Assembly: GCF_006345805.1 (NCBI RefSeq)
Contig: NW_021828669.1
Span: 1 to 7,988 of the forward strand
Source: Octopus sinensis
Lineage: Eukaryota
Length of the DNA stretch: 7,988 nucleotides
Reading direction: 5' to 3'
Every line of letters begins with the position of its first letter. Positions within the stretch are counted from its first letter, which is position 1. The notes under the pieces were generated by a model. The model saw nothing but the letters and a program-made list of their open reading frames with translations, searched no databases and was not told where the DNA came from. The translations under genes were made by a program, and so were the position numbers. Of the stretch, positions 6,998 to 7,988 are shown piece after piece.

Positions 6998-7392
6998 TGT
7001 GACCATGCTGGAGCACCGCCTTTAGTCGAGCAAATTGACCCCGGGACTTATTCTTTGTAAGCCCAGTACTTATTCTATCGGTCTCTTTTGCCGAACCGCT
7101 AAGTAACGGGGACGTAAACACACCAGCATCGGTTGTCAAGCAATGCTAGGGGGGACAAACACAGACACACAAACATATACACACACATACACATATATAT
7201 GTATATATATATATATATATACATATATACGACAGGCTTCTTTCAGTTTCCGTCTACCAAATCCACTCAGAAGGCATTGGTCGGCCCGGGGCTATAGCAG
7301 AAGACACTTGCCCAAGGTGCCACGCAGTGGGACTGAACCCGGAACCATGTGGTTGGTTAGCAAGCTACTTACCACACAGCCACTCCTGCGCC
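6998..7392 (-). mobile_element. tRNA-derived CORE-like SINE (octopus OR-type) with internal microsatellite
   Basis: On the minus strand: head GGCGCAGGAGTGGCTGTGTGG with A-box (7372-7382) and B-box GGTTCAGTCCC (7329-7339). CORE-like CCTTGGGCAAGTGTCTT follows, then an internal TA/TG tract (about 7175-7229). The 3' part ends GGCGGTGCTCCAGCATGGTCACA. The OR-type label is from recall. Confidence 0.85.
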
Positions 7393-7631
7393 TATATATG
7401 TGTGTATATGGATAATGCTGTAGCACAGGTGTGACTGTTATAAAAGCGAAATAAACATCCAGCATGGTGGAGTAAGTAGCAATAATATTTATACAAAGAT
7501 GCGCCAATGTAATCCGATACTCAGAGTTACTTAATGGCGATCGTCAGCCTGAAAGTCTGTGAGGCGGTACTCAATGACTGAGCATCGACCAATCGATTGA
7601 TTACATAAGGAGGAAATGGGAAAATAATATA

Positions 7632-7723
7632 GATGCGTGTATGAGTGAGTGTTGTGAGGTGTATGTGTGTGCGTGTGTGAGCGTGTGTGTATGTGTGTGT
7701 ATGTGTGTGAGTGTGTGTGTGTG
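7632..7723. repeat. Degenerate (TG)n microsatellite
   Basis: Directly visible. Confidence 0.9.
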
Positions 7724-7815
7724 TATTTAATATATGGCTGAATAAATGAACATTTGATCTGGTGAAATACTTTATAGCAAAAAGCCATTAATAGCTATTA
7801 TGGATATATACATAC

Positions 7816-7965
<150 letters not shown>

Positions 7966-7988
7966 TCACACACACTCTCACATACACA

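Noticed and set aside
6800-7392. tRNA genes at the SINE heads
   Set aside because: A/B boxes are present, but there is no closing acceptor stem or poly-T terminator, and the sequence continues into SINE bodies.

Overview
Non-coding, microsatellite-saturated animal genomic DNA. The tRNA-derived SINEs and the extreme (TA)n/(CA)n/(GATA)n density suggest an octopus or other coleoid cephalopod; this is inferred from recalled repeat families, not from a search. No credible protein-coding gene is present: the supplied ORFs are mostly translations of simple repeats or SINEs. The window holds three near-complete tRNA-headed SINEs (6130-6360 +, 6618-6876 -, 6998-7392 -), three SINE fragments, and many simple repeats. 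The standout is a ~196-bp element (3011-3206) sitting between two (TA)n tracts. It contains a 127-bp near-perfect palindrome (3080-3206, centred on AAGCTT) that encodes a complete type I hammerhead ribozyme on each strand (+ 3141-3191, - 3095-3144), arranged head-to-head. This fits an inverted pseudo-LTR remnant of a Penelope-like element or a retrozyme-like non-autonomous element.
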